Made by a program: the position numbers and the translations under genes | Source of the DNA: Firmicutes bacterium FC7 | GTDB taxonomy: Bacteria > Bacillota > Clostridia > Tissierellales > Tissierellaceae | DNA: 64,000 bases | Assembly: GCA_022760735.1 (NCBI GenBank) | Contig: JAKELU010000002.1 | Span: 139,161-203,160, forward strand | Direction of reading: 5' to 3' | Shown here: piece by piece, positions 19,580 to 30,360 of the stretch | Layout: each line of letters opens with the position of its first letter | Numbering within the stretch: the stretch's first letter is position 1 | Notes under the pieces: generated by a model | What the model was told of the DNA's origin: nothing | Databases searched by the model: none | The model's input: only the letters and a program-made list of their open reading frames with translations

Positions 19580-20764
19580 TTATTTAGGATCCAATTTCTT
19601 TAAGAATGTTGGCACTCCTTCAACCATTTCAATTATAGTAACTGATTTAACTGGATTGTGATTTTCATCTATAGATAGTACACCAGTAACTCCTTCAAAT
19701 CCCTCAGTTGCTTCAAGAGCTAATTTTAACTTTTCTGAATCTGCTTCTCCTGCTCTTTCTAATGCATCCTTTAACAAATATCCTAGGTCGTATCCTAAAG
19801 CGTTAAATGCATCTGGTTGTTTACCATATTTAGCTTTAAATGCTTCATTAAATGCTACTACCTTTTCTGCTGTATCATTAGGAGAATAGTGACTTGAATA
19901 ATATACGTCATTTAAGTTTTCTGCACCAGCTAATTCAGTAAGCTTTGGTGATTCATAACCATCTCCACCTAATATTGGTACATTTAATCCTAATTCTCTT
20001 GCTTGTCTTACAATAAGTCCTACTTCTTCATAATATCCTGGGATAAATAGTATTTCAGGATTAGTTGCTTTTAGGTTTGTTAATACTGCTTTAAAATCCT
20101 TGTCTCCAGCTTGGTATGCTTCTTCACTTAAGATTTTTCCACCATTTGCTGTAAAAGTTTCTCTAAAGGCTTTTGCTAGACCTTGTGCATAATCACTTGA
20201 AGAATCTGCTAGAATAGCAGCATTATTAGCACCTAAGTCTCCAGAAGCAAACTCAGCCATCATAACTCCTTGGAAGGAATCACTAAAACATGTCTTAAAA
20301 ATATACTCTCTTACTTTTCCATGAGCATCTATTGTTACATCATCTGCTGTAGCAGAACCTGAGATAAGAGGAATTTTATTTTGCATTGCTGCCGGGGTTG
20401 CTGCTTTTGTATTACCTGATGTTGCAGGTCCAACTAAAGCTACTACTTTATCTCTTGTTGCTAATCTAGCTGAAACATTAGCTGCTTCTGTGTCGCTTGA
20501 TTTGTTGTCAACTGTTACAGCTTCTATTTGCTTTCCTAAAACTCCACCATTTGCATTTATTTCTTCTATGGCCATTTGAACACCATCATTTAGATTTGTA
20601 CCATAAGTTGCAACTTCACCTGTAAGTTCATAGTTTACTCCAACTTTTATTGTATCCCCACTGCTAGCTCCATTAGTTTTGGATCCTCCTGCACAGCCAG
20701 CTAACATACTTAATGATAATACCATTGATAATACTGCTGATAATTTCTTTTTCAATGCTAACAC
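19580..20764 (-). CDS. livJ: branched-chain amino acid ABC substrate-binding lipoprotein (LivJ/LivK family)
   Basis: Lipobox LSMLAGCAGG and a type I periplasmic binding fold. Confidence 0.8.
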   Translation of the reverse strand: MLALKKKLSAVLSMVLSLSMLAGCAGGSKTNGASSGDTIKVGVNYELTGEVATYGTNLNDGVQMAIEEINANGGVLGKQIEAVTVDNKSSDTEAANVSARLATRDKVVALVGPATSGNTKAATPAAMQNKIPLISGSATADDVTIDAHGKVREYIFKTCFSDSFQGVMMAEFASGDLGANNAAILADSSSDYAQGLAKAFRETFTANGGKILSEEAYQAGDKDFKAVLTNLKATNPEILFIPGYYEEVGLIVRQARELGLNVPILGGDGYESPKLTELAGAENLNDVYYSSHYSPNDTAEKVVAFNEAFKAKYGKQPDAFNALGYDLGYLLKDALERAGEADSEKLKLALEATEGFEGVTGVLSIDENHNPVKSVTIIEMVEGVPTFLKKLDPK

Positions 20765-20807
20765 TCCTTTATATATAATATTTTGTTATATTCCTAAAAA
20801 AGGTAAT

Positions 20808-21080
20808 AAAAAAACCTCTACACGTATGTTTAATACATGTAGAGGCAAATCTCTTTGCGTTACCACTCTACTCTATAATTATCTCGCGATAATTATCTCA
20901 CTAGGTTCTTAAAGGTCTAAGCCTTTGTAAACCGTAGCCTGTTAACGGGGCTTACCGTTATGACCTACTTAGGTTCAGCCATACAACTCCGAAGTGAGAG
21001 ATCCCTATTAAATCAATGCTGGCTTCCACCAATACCAGCTCTCTGTAATTGATTATCCTAATAGTTCACGCTTCATCATT
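20808..21080 (-). promoter_or_regulatory. T-box riboswitch leader of the liv operon; specifier probably CUC (Leu), with AUC (Ile) as the alternative
   Basis: Minus-strand transcript has a GA/K-turn AAUGAUGAAG, a Stem I with an AG-rich bulge, a distal loop UAUUGGUGGAAG and a specifier region GGAUCUCUCAC. The T-box sequence AAUUAUAGAGUAGAGUGGUAACGC resembles AAUUAGGGUGGUACCGCG. The terminator CCUCUACAUGUAU-UAAAC-AUACGUGUAGAGG is followed by U7. Confidence 0.7.
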
Positions 21081-21128
21081 GTTTTAATTATTAAACTTTA
21101 TATCTTGCAAGATATCTAATATTTATTA

Positions 21129-21157
21129 AATATAGCATGGTTGTAAAATAAAGTCAA
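21129..21157 (-). promoter_or_regulatory. sigma-A-type promoter of the T-box leader (TTGACT, 17 nt, TATATT)
   Basis: Read on the minus strand. The 17-nt spacing is exact. Confidence 0.5.
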
Positions 21158-21457
21158 TACATTTTTGAAATTTTTTATGCAGATAATTCAATACATAAAC
21201 AATTCAATGAATTTAGTAAATATGTTAAATTTCATCTTTTTTAATGAAATTGCATAAAATAGGGATTTTTATACCCTATTTATTTCCGGAATTCGAACGG
21301 CAAACATTTTCCTATTTGGATAAATGAATTGCAGAATGTTTATCAATTCATTATTCTGATAAATGCATGTTTCAATTTATTTTTGTATAGGATGTGATTG
21401 TAATCATTCATATTATATGGGCAAATAAATTTTAAGTTTATCCTAAATTTTATCTAA

Positions 21458-21497
21458 TTTTTTAAAAAGGAAGAGCTACTTTTCAAGTAGCTCTTCC
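21458..21497 (-). terminator. intrinsic terminator of the pfl-fnr operon
   Basis: 13-bp perfect hairpin GGAAGAGCTACTT-TTCA-AAGTAGCTCTTCC spanning the stop codon, then TTTTTAAAAAA. Confidence 0.7.
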
Positions 21498-22198
21498 AAC
21501 TTTTTCTTATCTCTTATTAGTATAATTTTATTTCCTCGAAACTCAATATAGCCATTATCTTTGAACAAATTTAATTTTCTTGTCATAGTCTCTCTTGATA
21601 TACCTGCATAGCTACCCATTTCTTCTCTGTTAATGGATAGATTTAATAGTATACCTTCATCTGTTTCAGTACCAAAATCATCAATAAGATTTAGTAACAA
21701 AGCAGCTACCTTAGAATCTACATTTGTTGTAGTCAATCTCTTGATTAAATCCTCAGCCCATCTTATTCTCTCATAAGCCTTTTCCAAAATCTTAAGAGTA
21801 ATGTCAGGATAAGTTCTTATTATTTCATCAAATGCACTCTTTGTTAAGGTACTTATTGTTGTATCTTCTAATGCAACTGCATTATATCTATATTCATCTT
21901 CTTTTAACAGATTAAATCCCCCAACAAAATCACCTGCTGAATATATATATAAAATCTGTTCTCTCCCGTCTACTGTATAACTATAAATCTTCATTCTACC
22001 AGAACATACTATATATAGTCTATCAGCCTTGTCACCAGTTCTAAAAATCAACTCACCTTTTTTGTAATCCTTAAAAGATATCCCTTTAGATATTTTAATT
22101 AAATCTTCCTCATCTAAACCAGAAAACAAATGTACACTATTAAGACAAGTATCACCTTTACAAATTTTACAATTCTTGCATTTTGATATATTAACCAC
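21476..22198 (-). CDS. Crp/Fnr-family transcriptional regulator with an N-terminal Cys cluster (FNR-like)
   Basis: N-terminus CKNCKICKGDTC. A cNMP-binding-like domain and a C-terminal HTH ...EMGSYAGISRETMTRKL... Confidence 0.75.
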   Translation of the reverse strand: MVNISKCKNCKICKGDTCLNSVHLFSGLDEEDLIKISKGISFKDYKKGELIFRTGDKADRLYIVCSGRMKIYSYTVDGREQILYIYSAGDFVGGFNLLKEDEYRYNAVALEDTTISTLTKSAFDEIIRTYPDITLKILEKAYERIRWAEDLIKRLTTTNVDSKVAALLLNLIDDFGTETDEGILLNLSINREEMGSYAGISRETMTRKLNLFKDNGYIEFRGNKIILIRDKKKLEELLEK

Positions 22199-22226
22199 CC
22201 TCTACTGAAAAACTATAAATCAAACA

Positions 22227-22985
22227 TTAGATAATTTTTTTACTATTAATTACCCTTTGTTTTTCATTATATAACATTTCCATGAGAATATTCTGAAACT
22301 CTTTTGCCTTTTGCGCGTTCATCTCAGGTACGTCTTGTAATCTATATTCTTTACCAAGAGCTTCATATTTATCAAGGGCCATTTTATGATAAGGAAGTAT
22401 CTCAATTCGATCAATTTTATCAGCTAAATGTGATATTCTTGCAAATAGTTTATTTACACTTTCTTCATTATCAGTAATTCCCGGAACCATTACATGTCTA
22501 ATCCATAATTTACCTTTAAAGTCACCAAGATATGAAAGGAACTTATAAAATCCACTCATAGGCGCACCAGTAAGATTCTTATATCCATCATTGTCAAAGT
22601 GCTTAATGTCCAATATTACTGTATCTGTATATTTTAGAATTTCCCTAAAGTACGCTTCATTTCCATATCCACTTGTGTCAATGCAAGTATTGAAACCTTC
22701 AGATTTCAGTAACTTTAATGTTTCCAATAGAAATTCTCCTTGTAGTAGAGGCTCACCACCCGAAAAGGTAATGCCTCCACCTGATCTCTTATAATAATTT
22801 TTATATCTGTTAGCTAACTTTAATACCTCTTCAGGAGTAATTTCCTTGTTTGAAAACATGTTTTGGCTATCTGGGTTGTGACAGTATGCACATCTTAATG
22901 GACATCCTTGTAAGAATATGATGGTTCTTATACCTGGCCCATCTACTAATCCCATGGTTTCAATTGAATGTAGTCTTCCTTTCAT
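22227..22985 (-). CDS. pflA: pyruvate formate-lyase activating enzyme (radical SAM)
   Basis: CPLRCAYCHNPDS radical-SAM motif and a glycyl-radical activase fold. The start is set to MKGRLHS because AAAGGTGA lies 6 nt upstream. Confidence 0.85.
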   Translation of the reverse strand: MKGRLHSIETMGLVDGPGIRTIIFLQGCPLRCAYCHNPDSQNMFSNKEITPEEVLKLANRYKNYYKRSGGGITFSGGEPLLQGEFLLETLKLLKSEGFNTCIDTSGYGNEAYFREILKYTDTVILDIKHFDNDGYKNLTGAPMSGFYKFLSYLGDFKGKLWIRHVMVPGITDNEESVNKLFARISHLADKIDRIEILPYHKMALDKYEALGKEYRLQDVPEMNAQKAKEFQNILMEMLYNEKQRVINSKKII

Positions 22986-23033
22986 TTTTATCACCTTTCT
23001 TATGTTCCCCACTAACCAGCTATTACTAACTCG

Positions 23034-25277
23034 CTACACTGCCTCGTGGAATGTTCTGCTGATTACTTCACGTTTTTGTTCTAATGTTAATCTGTTAAAA
23101 TGAACTGCATATCCTGATACCCTTATTGTTAGTGTTGGATACTTTTCTGGATTTTCCATGGCATCTATTAGCAATTCTCTATTTAAGACATTTACATTTA
23201 AGTGGAATGCTCCTTGTTCGAAATATCCATCCATAATTCCAACTAAGTTATTTATTCTATCTTCGTCAGTTTTTCCAAGTGCATTTGGGACTATGGAGAA
23301 TGTATTTGAAATACCATCTTGACATATACCTTTGTATGGTAGCTTAGCCACTGAGTTCAGAGATGCTAATGCTCCATTTTCATCTCTTCCATGCATTGGA
23401 TTTGCACCTGGTGCAAATGGTTCCCCTTTTGCTCTACCATCAGGTGTTGAACCTGTTTTCTTACCATATACAACATTAGATGTTATTGTTAGAATTGATA
23501 AAGTATGTTCAGCATTTCTGTAAGTTGGGGTCTTTTTCAACTCTTCACTAAATTTAGTTACGACATCAACAGCTATACTATCAACTCTATCATCATCATT
23601 ACCGTATTTAGGAAAATCTCCTTCTATTTCAAAATTTACTGCTATTCCATTTTCATCTCTTATTGGTTTTACCTTTGCATATTTAATAGCACTTAATGAG
23701 TCAGCTACTATTGAAAGACCAGCAATACCAAAAGCCATATATCTGTGTACATCTGAATCATGTAATGCCATTTGACCTCTTTCATATGCATATTTATCAT
23801 GCATATAATGGATTGTGTTCATTGTATTTACATAAAGTTCAGCAAGACTTTCCATTACCTTTTCATAATTCTTCATTACCTTGTTGTAATCAAGAATTTC
23901 ATCATCTATTTTTTCTATACCGTCTATTACCTTTATTAAATTGCCATTCTTATCTTTCTTAACTTCATCTACTCCACCATTGATAGCATATAGTAGAGCC
24001 TTTGCTAAATTTGCTCTTGCTCCAAAGAACTGCATATCCTTTCCTACTCTCATGGCAGATACACAACATGCTATTGCATAATCATCACCATAAATAGGTC
24101 TCATTAAATCATCATTTTCATATTGAATAGCATCTGTTTCTATGCTCATCTTTGCACAGTACTTCTTAAATCCTTCTGGTAAGTCATTTGACCAAAGAAC
24201 TGTCATATTTGGTTCTGGTGAAGGAGTAAGATTTTTTAAAGTATGAAGGAATCTAAAAGCAGTCTTTGTTACTAAAGTCCTACCGTCTAGACCCATACCT
24301 CCAATCGATTCAGTAACCCAGTTTGGATCGCCAGCAAATAATTCATTATATTCTGGTGTTCTTAAATGTCTAACGATTCTTAACTTAATTACAAATTGGT
24401 CTATTAATTCCTGCGCTTCTAATTCCGTTAATGTTCCATTATTTAAATCCCTTTCAATATAAATATCAAGGAATGTAGTATTTCTACCTACTGACATTGC
24501 AGCACCATTGTTTTCCTTAACAGCTGCTAAATATCCAAAATATAAGAATTGAACTGCTTCTCTTGCATTCGACGCAGGTTTTGATATATCAATTCCGTAG
24601 GATAAAGCCATTTCCTTTATTTCATCAAGGGCTCTTATCTGTTCAGATAATTCCTCTCTATGTCTAATAATGTCCTCTGTGGCCAAACCTTTAATATTTT
24701 CTTTATCCTTCATCTTTTGTTCTTTTAAGAAATCAATACCATAAAGAGCAATTCTTCTATAGTCTCCAATAATTCTTCCTCTACCATATGCATCAGGTAG
24801 TCCTGTTAATAGTCCTACAGTTCTTGCCTTTCTCATTTCAGAAGTATAAGCATCGAAAACCCCTTGATTGTGAGTCTTTCTAAAGTTGTTAAAATGTTCT
24901 TCTAATACTTCATCCATTTGTGCACCGTATGCTTCTAAAGATTGCTTAACCATTCTATATCCACCATATGGATTTACTATTCTCTTTAGAGGTGCATCTG
25001 TTTGTAATCCAACAATTATTTCCTTATCCTTATCGATATATCCTGGCTCATAGTTGTTGATGCCAGAAAATCTTGATGTATCAATGTCCACCTTACCTGA
25101 GAGTATTTCTTCATTTATCAACTTTTCTGTCTTTTCCCAAAGAGCTTTTGTATTTTCTGATGCTTCTGCAAGGAAGCTCTCATCGCCTTCATATGGCTTG
25201 TAGTTTAAATTTATAAAATCTTTTACATCAACACTTTCAGTCCATTTACCTTTAATAAATCCGTCCCAACATTTCAT
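23034..25277 (-). CDS. pflB: formate C-acetyltransferase (pyruvate formate-lyase)
   Basis: 747 aa with the C-terminal glycyl radical motif RVSGYAVHF. Confidence 0.9.
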   Translation of the reverse strand: MKCWDGFIKGKWTESVDVKDFINLNYKPYEGDESFLAEASENTKALWEKTEKLINEEILSGKVDIDTSRFSGINNYEPGYIDKDKEIIVGLQTDAPLKRIVNPYGGYRMVKQSLEAYGAQMDEVLEEHFNNFRKTHNQGVFDAYTSEMRKARTVGLLTGLPDAYGRGRIIGDYRRIALYGIDFLKEQKMKDKENIKGLATEDIIRHREELSEQIRALDEIKEMALSYGIDISKPASNAREAVQFLYFGYLAAVKENNGAAMSVGRNTTFLDIYIERDLNNGTLTELEAQELIDQFVIKLRIVRHLRTPEYNELFAGDPNWVTESIGGMGLDGRTLVTKTAFRFLHTLKNLTPSPEPNMTVLWSNDLPEGFKKYCAKMSIETDAIQYENDDLMRPIYGDDYAIACCVSAMRVGKDMQFFGARANLAKALLYAINGGVDEVKKDKNGNLIKVIDGIEKIDDEILDYNKVMKNYEKVMESLAELYVNTMNTIHYMHDKYAYERGQMALHDSDVHRYMAFGIAGLSIVADSLSAIKYAKVKPIRDENGIAVNFEIEGDFPKYGNDDDRVDSIAVDVVTKFSEELKKTPTYRNAEHTLSILTITSNVVYGKKTGSTPDGRAKGEPFAPGANPMHGRDENGALASLNSVAKLPYKGICQDGISNTFSIVPNALGKTDEDRINNLVGIMDGYFEQGAFHLNVNVLNRELLIDAMENPEKYPTLTIRVSGYAVHFNRLTLEQKREVISRTFHEAV

Positions 25278-25378
25278 TTTTTACCATCCCTTTCTATAAT
25301 TTATCGAGAAGTTCTCACTTCTTCGGTATGTATGCTTTATTTTCATCTTAATTTTATAGCTAAAACGAAATTCAAGCA

Positions 25379-25392
25379 GTGATTGTCATCAC
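25379..25392. promoter_or_regulatory. FNR/CRP-type box GTGAT-TGTC-ATCAC in the divergent pflB / FAD-Rieske intergenic region
   Basis: Perfect 5-4-5 inverted repeat containing the TGAT-N4-ATCA core. Confidence 0.45.
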
Positions 25393-25477
25393 AATTTTGA
25401 ATATTTTATTCTATAAAGCAAAAGATAAGGGTAAGGTAAATCTTGCCTATTACTAAATTGATAAATGGGAGGAAATT

Positions 25478-27040
25478 ATGAATATAGATTTTAAGAATGC
25501 ATTACCTAAATCCTATTGGATTGATTCTACTTACGAAACAAACTTCCCAAGCTTAGAAAATGACCTAGATGTTGATATAGCTATTGTTGGCGGAGGTATG
25601 GTTGGAATTTTAAGTGCATATCAACTACATAAATATGGGCTAAAAATTGCTATATTAGAATCTAGTAGAATATTAAACAATACTACAGGCCATACTACTG
25701 CAAAAATCACTTCCCAGCATGATTTGTTTTATAGTAAACTAATGAGTAAAATGGGCGAAAAACTTGCAAGACAATATGCGGAAGCTAACGAATTCGCTAT
25801 AAAAGAAATTAAAAACATTGTGGAATCTAACAATATAGACTGTGGATATTCTATTCAAGATGCATATGTTTATACACAAGATGATGCCTATGTAACACAA
25901 ATAAAGGATGAAGTTCAGGCTGCTTCGAGCTTAGGAATAAAAGCTTCCTTTGTTGATGAAATCCCATTGCCTTTCAAAATTAAAGGAGCTGTTAAATTTG
26001 AGAACCAAGCACAGTTTCATCCTAGAAAATTTCTATTAGCACTAGTTGAAAAAATGGTGAAATTGGGAGTCGAAATTTACGAATACTCTAGAGTAGTAGA
26101 GCTAGATAAGCATGTGATGGATAGCTATATTTTAACCACTAATAACGGAAAGAAAATATATGCTAAAAAGGTCATTATAGCGTCCCATTATCCATTCTTC
26201 AACAAGCCCGGAATGTATTTCTCAAGAATTTATGTTGAAAGATCCTATCTAATGGCAATAAAAGCTAAAGAAAAGTTTCCAGGTGGAATGTATATAAGTA
26301 CAGATGAACAACCTAGAACCTTTAGAAGTATAGATACGGAACAAGGTGAGTTAATTATAGTAGGTGGAGGAAATCACAAATCAGGACAATGTGATGACAC
26401 TCTAAAAATTTATAGAGACATCTTGTATACAGCAAATGAGTTGTTTACAGTGGAAGATGTACCATATTGGTGGTCGGCGCAGGATTGTACGACAGTAGAT
26501 GAAATACCATATATCGGAGAGTTTAATGAAGAGTTTAAAAATTTATATATTGCCACTGGATTTAAAAAATGGGGAATGAGCCATAGTATGGTTTCATCAA
26601 TATTGTTAGAGGATTTAATATTAACTGGAAAGAGTAAATGGCAGGAAGTTTTCGATCCATCTAGGAAAACTATAATGCAGTCAGCTAAGGATTTTATTAA
26701 GGAAAACGCAAATGTTGCTAGCAATTTAATAGAGGGAAAACTCGATAAGGGAGATAAGGAGTTAAATATAAAACCCGGGGAGGCACAGATAATAAATATT
26801 GATGGTCAAAGAGCTGGTGCTTATAAAGATGAAAACGGTGATTTGCATGTAGTAAATACGACATGCACTCATATGGGATGTGAGCTTAATTGGAACAATG
26901 CAGAAAGATCTTGGGATTGTCCATGTCATGGCTCTAGGTTCAATATTGATGGCAAGATCATCGAAGGACCTGCAGTTAAGGATTTAAGCTTTGAAGAAGA
27001 TATAAGTACAATTAGTAAGCTTATAAATGAAGATTTCTAG
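25478..27040 (+). CDS. FAD-dependent oxidoreductase with a C-terminal Rieske [2Fe-2S] domain (B. subtilis YhfW-like)
   Basis: N-terminal dinucleotide-binding motif IVGGGMVG. C-terminal CTHMGC...CPCHGSRF Rieske motif. Confidence 0.75.
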   Translation: MNIDFKNALPKSYWIDSTYETNFPSLENDLDVDIAIVGGGMVGILSAYQLHKYGLKIAILESSRILNNTTGHTTAKITSQHDLFYSKLMSKMGEKLARQYAEANEFAIKEIKNIVESNNIDCGYSIQDAYVYTQDDAYVTQIKDEVQAASSLGIKASFVDEIPLPFKIKGAVKFENQAQFHPRKFLLALVEKMVKLGVEIYEYSRVVELDKHVMDSYILTTNNGKKIYAKKVIIASHYPFFNKPGMYFSRIYVERSYLMAIKAKEKFPGGMYISTDEQPRTFRSIDTEQGELIIVGGGNHKSGQCDDTLKIYRDILYTANELFTVEDVPYWWSAQDCTTVDEIPYIGEFNEEFKNLYIATGFKKWGMSHSMVSSILLEDLILTGKSKWQEVFDPSRKTIMQSAKDFIKENANVASNLIEGKLDKGDKELNIKPGEAQIINIDGQRAGAYKDENGDLHVVNTTCTHMGCELNWNNAERSWDCPCHGSRFNIDGKIIEGPAVKDLSFEEDISTISKLINEDF

Positions 27041-27048
27041 AGGCTAGC

Positions 27049-27981
27049 CTATTTTAGATTAGCCTCAATTTTGTTTATCTCATTTTCTTCTATTTTCTTT
27101 AGAGGTTCCTCTTCTTTATCACTTAAGTAACTTGAGCCTAGTATTAATATACCACCTATAATTTGCATTAAAGTAATATCTTCTTTCAAGAAAATTGCAG
27201 ATATAATTACCGCTGATACCGGGTCTATATAGCTTAACATTGCGATTGTCTGTCCCTTTAGATTTTGCATCCCTGTAAAGTATAATAGATAAGGTATACC
27301 AGTATATATTATTCCTAAGATTAAAATATATGGTATGAATTCAACCTCAAACATATTTAACTCTGGTCTTTCCACGATTAAAACATAAGGAATCAGCACT
27401 AGTACTGATACAACTAACTGAATAAGTGTAGCTTCTAATCCTGACAAATCCTTAAAGAACTTATTTGTTAAAATAACAGTAGCATATAAAGCCGCAGCAA
27501 TTAATCCAAATGTAATTCCAAGAGGGTGGTTATATGATATATCTGCGCCATTTCCTGTATTGACAATCATAAATAAACCTATTACAGCAACTATTATGCT
27601 AATAAATTTTCTCATACTTAACTTTTCTTTAAGTAAAAAAGGCGATAAAAGCATAACTATTGCAGGTTCAAAATAGTATGTTAATGTTGCATTAGATACA
27701 GTTGTATACTTATATGCTTCAAATAAAAATATCCAATTGGCTCCCATTGCAGAACCAGATAGTAGCAGCAAATAGAAATTATCCTTTATCTTTTTAGGCG
27801 AAATTTTCTTCTTTGTAACAAAACTAAAAGCAATTAAAAATAGACTTGCAATTATAGCTCTTAACAGCGATATAATACTAGATGGTAGGTTAATTTTTCT
27901 TACAATTATACTTATACTTCCAAAGGTTAACATTGCAGTGATTACATACAATTTCGATCTCAATTTACATTCTCCTATCAA
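27049..27981 (-). CDS. EamA/DMT superfamily transporter
   Basis: About 10 TM helices with two EamA-like repeats. Confidence 0.7.
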   Translation of the reverse strand: MIGECKLRSKLYVITAMLTFGSISIIVRKINLPSSIISLLRAIIASLFLIAFSFVTKKKISPKKIKDNFYLLLLSGSAMGANWIFLFEAYKYTTVSNATLTYYFEPAIVMLLSPFLLKEKLSMRKFISIIVAVIGLFMIVNTGNGADISYNHPLGITFGLIAAALYATVILTNKFFKDLSGLEATLIQLVVSVLVLIPYVLIVERPELNMFEVEFIPYILILGIIYTGIPYLLYFTGMQNLKGQTIAMLSYIDPVSAVIISAIFLKEDITLMQIIGGILILGSSYLSDKEEEPLKKIEENEINKIEANLK

Positions 27982-28127
27982 GATATTTTAAAAAACATTG
28001 TATCACATTAAAGCAATTTTGCTAGTGCAAATTATCAAAATTTTATTATAATTTAAACATTCATATTTCTATTCATTAAATATGGTAATATTGTATATGT
28101 ATTTTATTAGTTTAGGGGGTATTCGAT

Positions 28128-29357
28128 TTGGATTTAGAAAAGAATTTAGAAAAGTATGCAGAACTAGCTGTTAGAGTAGGTATTAACCTACAAGAAAAAG
28201 AAGGTTTGATTATTTCCTGTAATGCCGAATCACTTCCATTAGTAAGAATAATTGCTAAAAAGGCCTATGAAGCAGGAGCTAAACATGTAGAAATTCAGTT
28301 TGAAGATGATGAAATATTATTAGCACGATATACCTATGGAAGAGATTTTGTTTTTGACAATTATCCTCAATGGAAAGCAAATAACTTAGAAGCAATGTAT
28401 AAAGATAATTATCACCATCTAATTGTAAAGGCACCAAATCCAGAACTATTAAAGGAAATTGATGGTGATAAAATAGCAAGAAGTCAAAAATCATCCTCAA
28501 AGGTAATGTCATCTGTTTCCGAATATCGCATGACCGGATTTACTAAATGGACTATTATTGATGTCCCTTCTATTGCCTGGGCAAAATCGGTTTTTCCAGA
28601 CTTAGAGGAGTGTCAAGCTGTTGAAAAACTTTGGGAAAAAGTATTTGAAGCTACAAGAGTAGATCAAGAAGATCCTATTAAAGCTTGGGAAATACATGAT
28701 AAAAATCTAAAGAAATATAGAAATTATTTAAACGAGAAGCAATTTGAAAAGCTAGTCTTAAAGGGACCAGGAACTGATTTAGAAGTATATTTAGCCGAAG
28801 ATCACTTCTGGATGGGTGGTTCAAAGGAAAGTCAAGGAGGATGTTCTTATGTAGCGAACATGCCTACTGAAGAGGTATTTACAACTCCGCATAGATTAAA
28901 GGTTAATGGTAAGTTAAAAGCAACTAAACCTCTTAGCGTCAATGGGAAGCTAGTTGAGAACTTTGGATTTGAATTTAAAGATGGAAAAGTAGTAGATTTC
29001 TATGCAGAAAAGGGCTACGAAGTAATAGAAAACCTATTGAACAATGATGAAGGTTCAAGATATCTGGGTGAAATTGCACTTGTGCAAGATGATTCCCCAA
29101 TATCAAATACAGGAATCCTATTTAACAACACACTATTTGATGAAAATGCATCATGCCACTTTGCACTTGGCAAATCCTATGCCTATGCTATGAGAAACGG
29201 TTCAAACCTAAGTCAAGAAGAGCTACTTGCAAAGGGAGCAAATGATAGCTTGATTCATGTTGACTTTATGGTTGGTGGACCTGAGTTAGAGATTACAGCT
29301 TATGAGAAATACGGTAATGTTGTAAAGTTATTTGAGAAGGGGAATTGGACTTTTTAA
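28128..29357 (+). CDS. aminopeptidase, M29 family (AmpS/PepS-like)
   Basis: TTG start 6 nt after AGGGGGT. The N-terminus ...KYAELAVRVGINLQEKEGLIIS... is typical of M29. Confidence 0.75.
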   Translation: MDLEKNLEKYAELAVRVGINLQEKEGLIISCNAESLPLVRIIAKKAYEAGAKHVEIQFEDDEILLARYTYGRDFVFDNYPQWKANNLEAMYKDNYHHLIVKAPNPELLKEIDGDKIARSQKSSSKVMSSVSEYRMTGFTKWTIIDVPSIAWAKSVFPDLEECQAVEKLWEKVFEATRVDQEDPIKAWEIHDKNLKKYRNYLNEKQFEKLVLKGPGTDLEVYLAEDHFWMGGSKESQGGCSYVANMPTEEVFTTPHRLKVNGKLKATKPLSVNGKLVENFGFEFKDGKVVDFYAEKGYEVIENLLNNDEGSRYLGEIALVQDDSPISNTGILFNNTLFDENASCHFALGKSYAYAMRNGSNLSQEELLAKGANDSLIHVDFMVGGPELEITAYEKYGNVVKLFEKGNWTF

Positions 29358-29372
29358 AATTCACTCCATAAA

Positions 29373-29450
29373 AAATCCTACAGCTTTCAATACCGCTACG
29401 CTCACAAGAGCATTATTTTGTGGTCGTGAAAGCTGTTTACGGATTTTTCA
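29373..29450. terminator. long imperfect hairpin between convergent genes, likely a bidirectional terminator or structured RNA
   Basis: Outer arms AAAAATCC..CAGCTTTCA / TGAAAGCTG..GGATTTTT enclose ~40 nt. A-runs and T-runs flank it on both sides. Confidence 0.4.
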
Positions 29451-29535
29451 CTACGTTCATTAAGAATTCCAATCAAGCCCTGCAAATGTTCACTAAATTT
29501 CTATTACCATAGCCACTATAGGATAGTACTAACTT

Positions 29536-30360
29536 CTAGAATTTTCTTCCACCACCGCCATGGCTGCGACCACTGGATGAGCGGTGTACCGTACTTCTTC
29601 CAGTAGATGAACCACCACCTGATGATGGCTTTGGTTTTGGTATTATTCTATGGGTTACAAATGTATCTACTAGCCTATCCTCCGTTGTTGCTATATTAAC
29701 TATACTATTGTTTGAATACGAAAATGGATTGCCAGGGTTTTTCATCTTATATCCTGACTTTACTGAAACAACAAATGCTCCACCTACGCCCAAACCGCCT
29801 ATTAGAGCTATAATTACATCCGCAGTTGTTAATTTATTTACCTTTTCTTCAACAATATGTTGATTGCTTGGAATACCTCCTCTAAGATACTTCTCAGTAC
29901 CATTTATAAATCCAATGGAAGCTCCATAATAATCACCATCTGCAAGACCAGATTCAAAAACCTCATCTAACACTCTCTCTATCCTTTGATCTGTTAAATA
30001 TCTAATCCCTATACCTGTTGTTGAGATATAAACCTCCCTATTGTCCATGTCTATTAAGAATAGTATTCCATCATAGTCTGGGCCTACTCCAAAGCCATTA
30101 TAGTCAAAATAGTCATCGGCATATTCTCTAGATGATTTCCCATCTGTGTCATTAGTAGTGGTTATTACAATGTCCATATTAAATTCATTAGATAAAGAAT
30201 TTAATCTATCATTTAGGTCTTCAATTTGTGACTGAGTAAGCAATCCCGCCTCATCTATAACTAATTCCTTCGCAGCCAAGACTGGCAATGAACCAAGTAA
30301 TAGAATAGTCACAAATAAAATAATTGTTGTGATTTTATATCTATATAGACTTTTTACCAT
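29536..30360 (-). CDS. TPM-domain protein (YgcG/YdjH-like), membrane anchored with a Gly/Ser-rich C-terminal tail
   Basis: Signal/TM, a TPM phosphatase-like domain LVIDEAGLLTQSQIEDLN..., and a C-terminal ...SSGGGSSTGRS...HGGGGRKF. Confidence 0.7.
   Translation of the reverse strand: MVKSLYRYKITTIILFVTILLLGSLPVLAAKELVIDEAGLLTQSQIEDLNDRLNSLSNEFNMDIVITTTNDTDGKSSREYADDYFDYNGFGVGPDYDGILFLIDMDNREVYISTTGIGIRYLTDQRIERVLDEVFESGLADGDYYGASIGFINGTEKYLRGGIPSNQHIVEEKVNKLTTADVIIALIGGLGVGGAFVVSVKSGYKMKNPGNPFSYSNNSIVNIATTEDRLVDTFVTHRIIPKPKPSSGGGSSTGRSTVHRSSSGRSHGGGGRKF

Noticed and set aside
20955-20975. ATGACCTACTTAGG inside the T-box leader as a third copy of the ~37-nt repeat block
   Set aside because: Only the first 8 nt match. 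Chance similarity.
21256-21280. 8-bp inverted repeat AAATAGGG-N9-CCCTATTT between the T-box promoter and the fnr terminator
   Set aside because: No flanking U-run on the relevant strand and no gene context needing a terminator. Possibly an operator, but unsupported.
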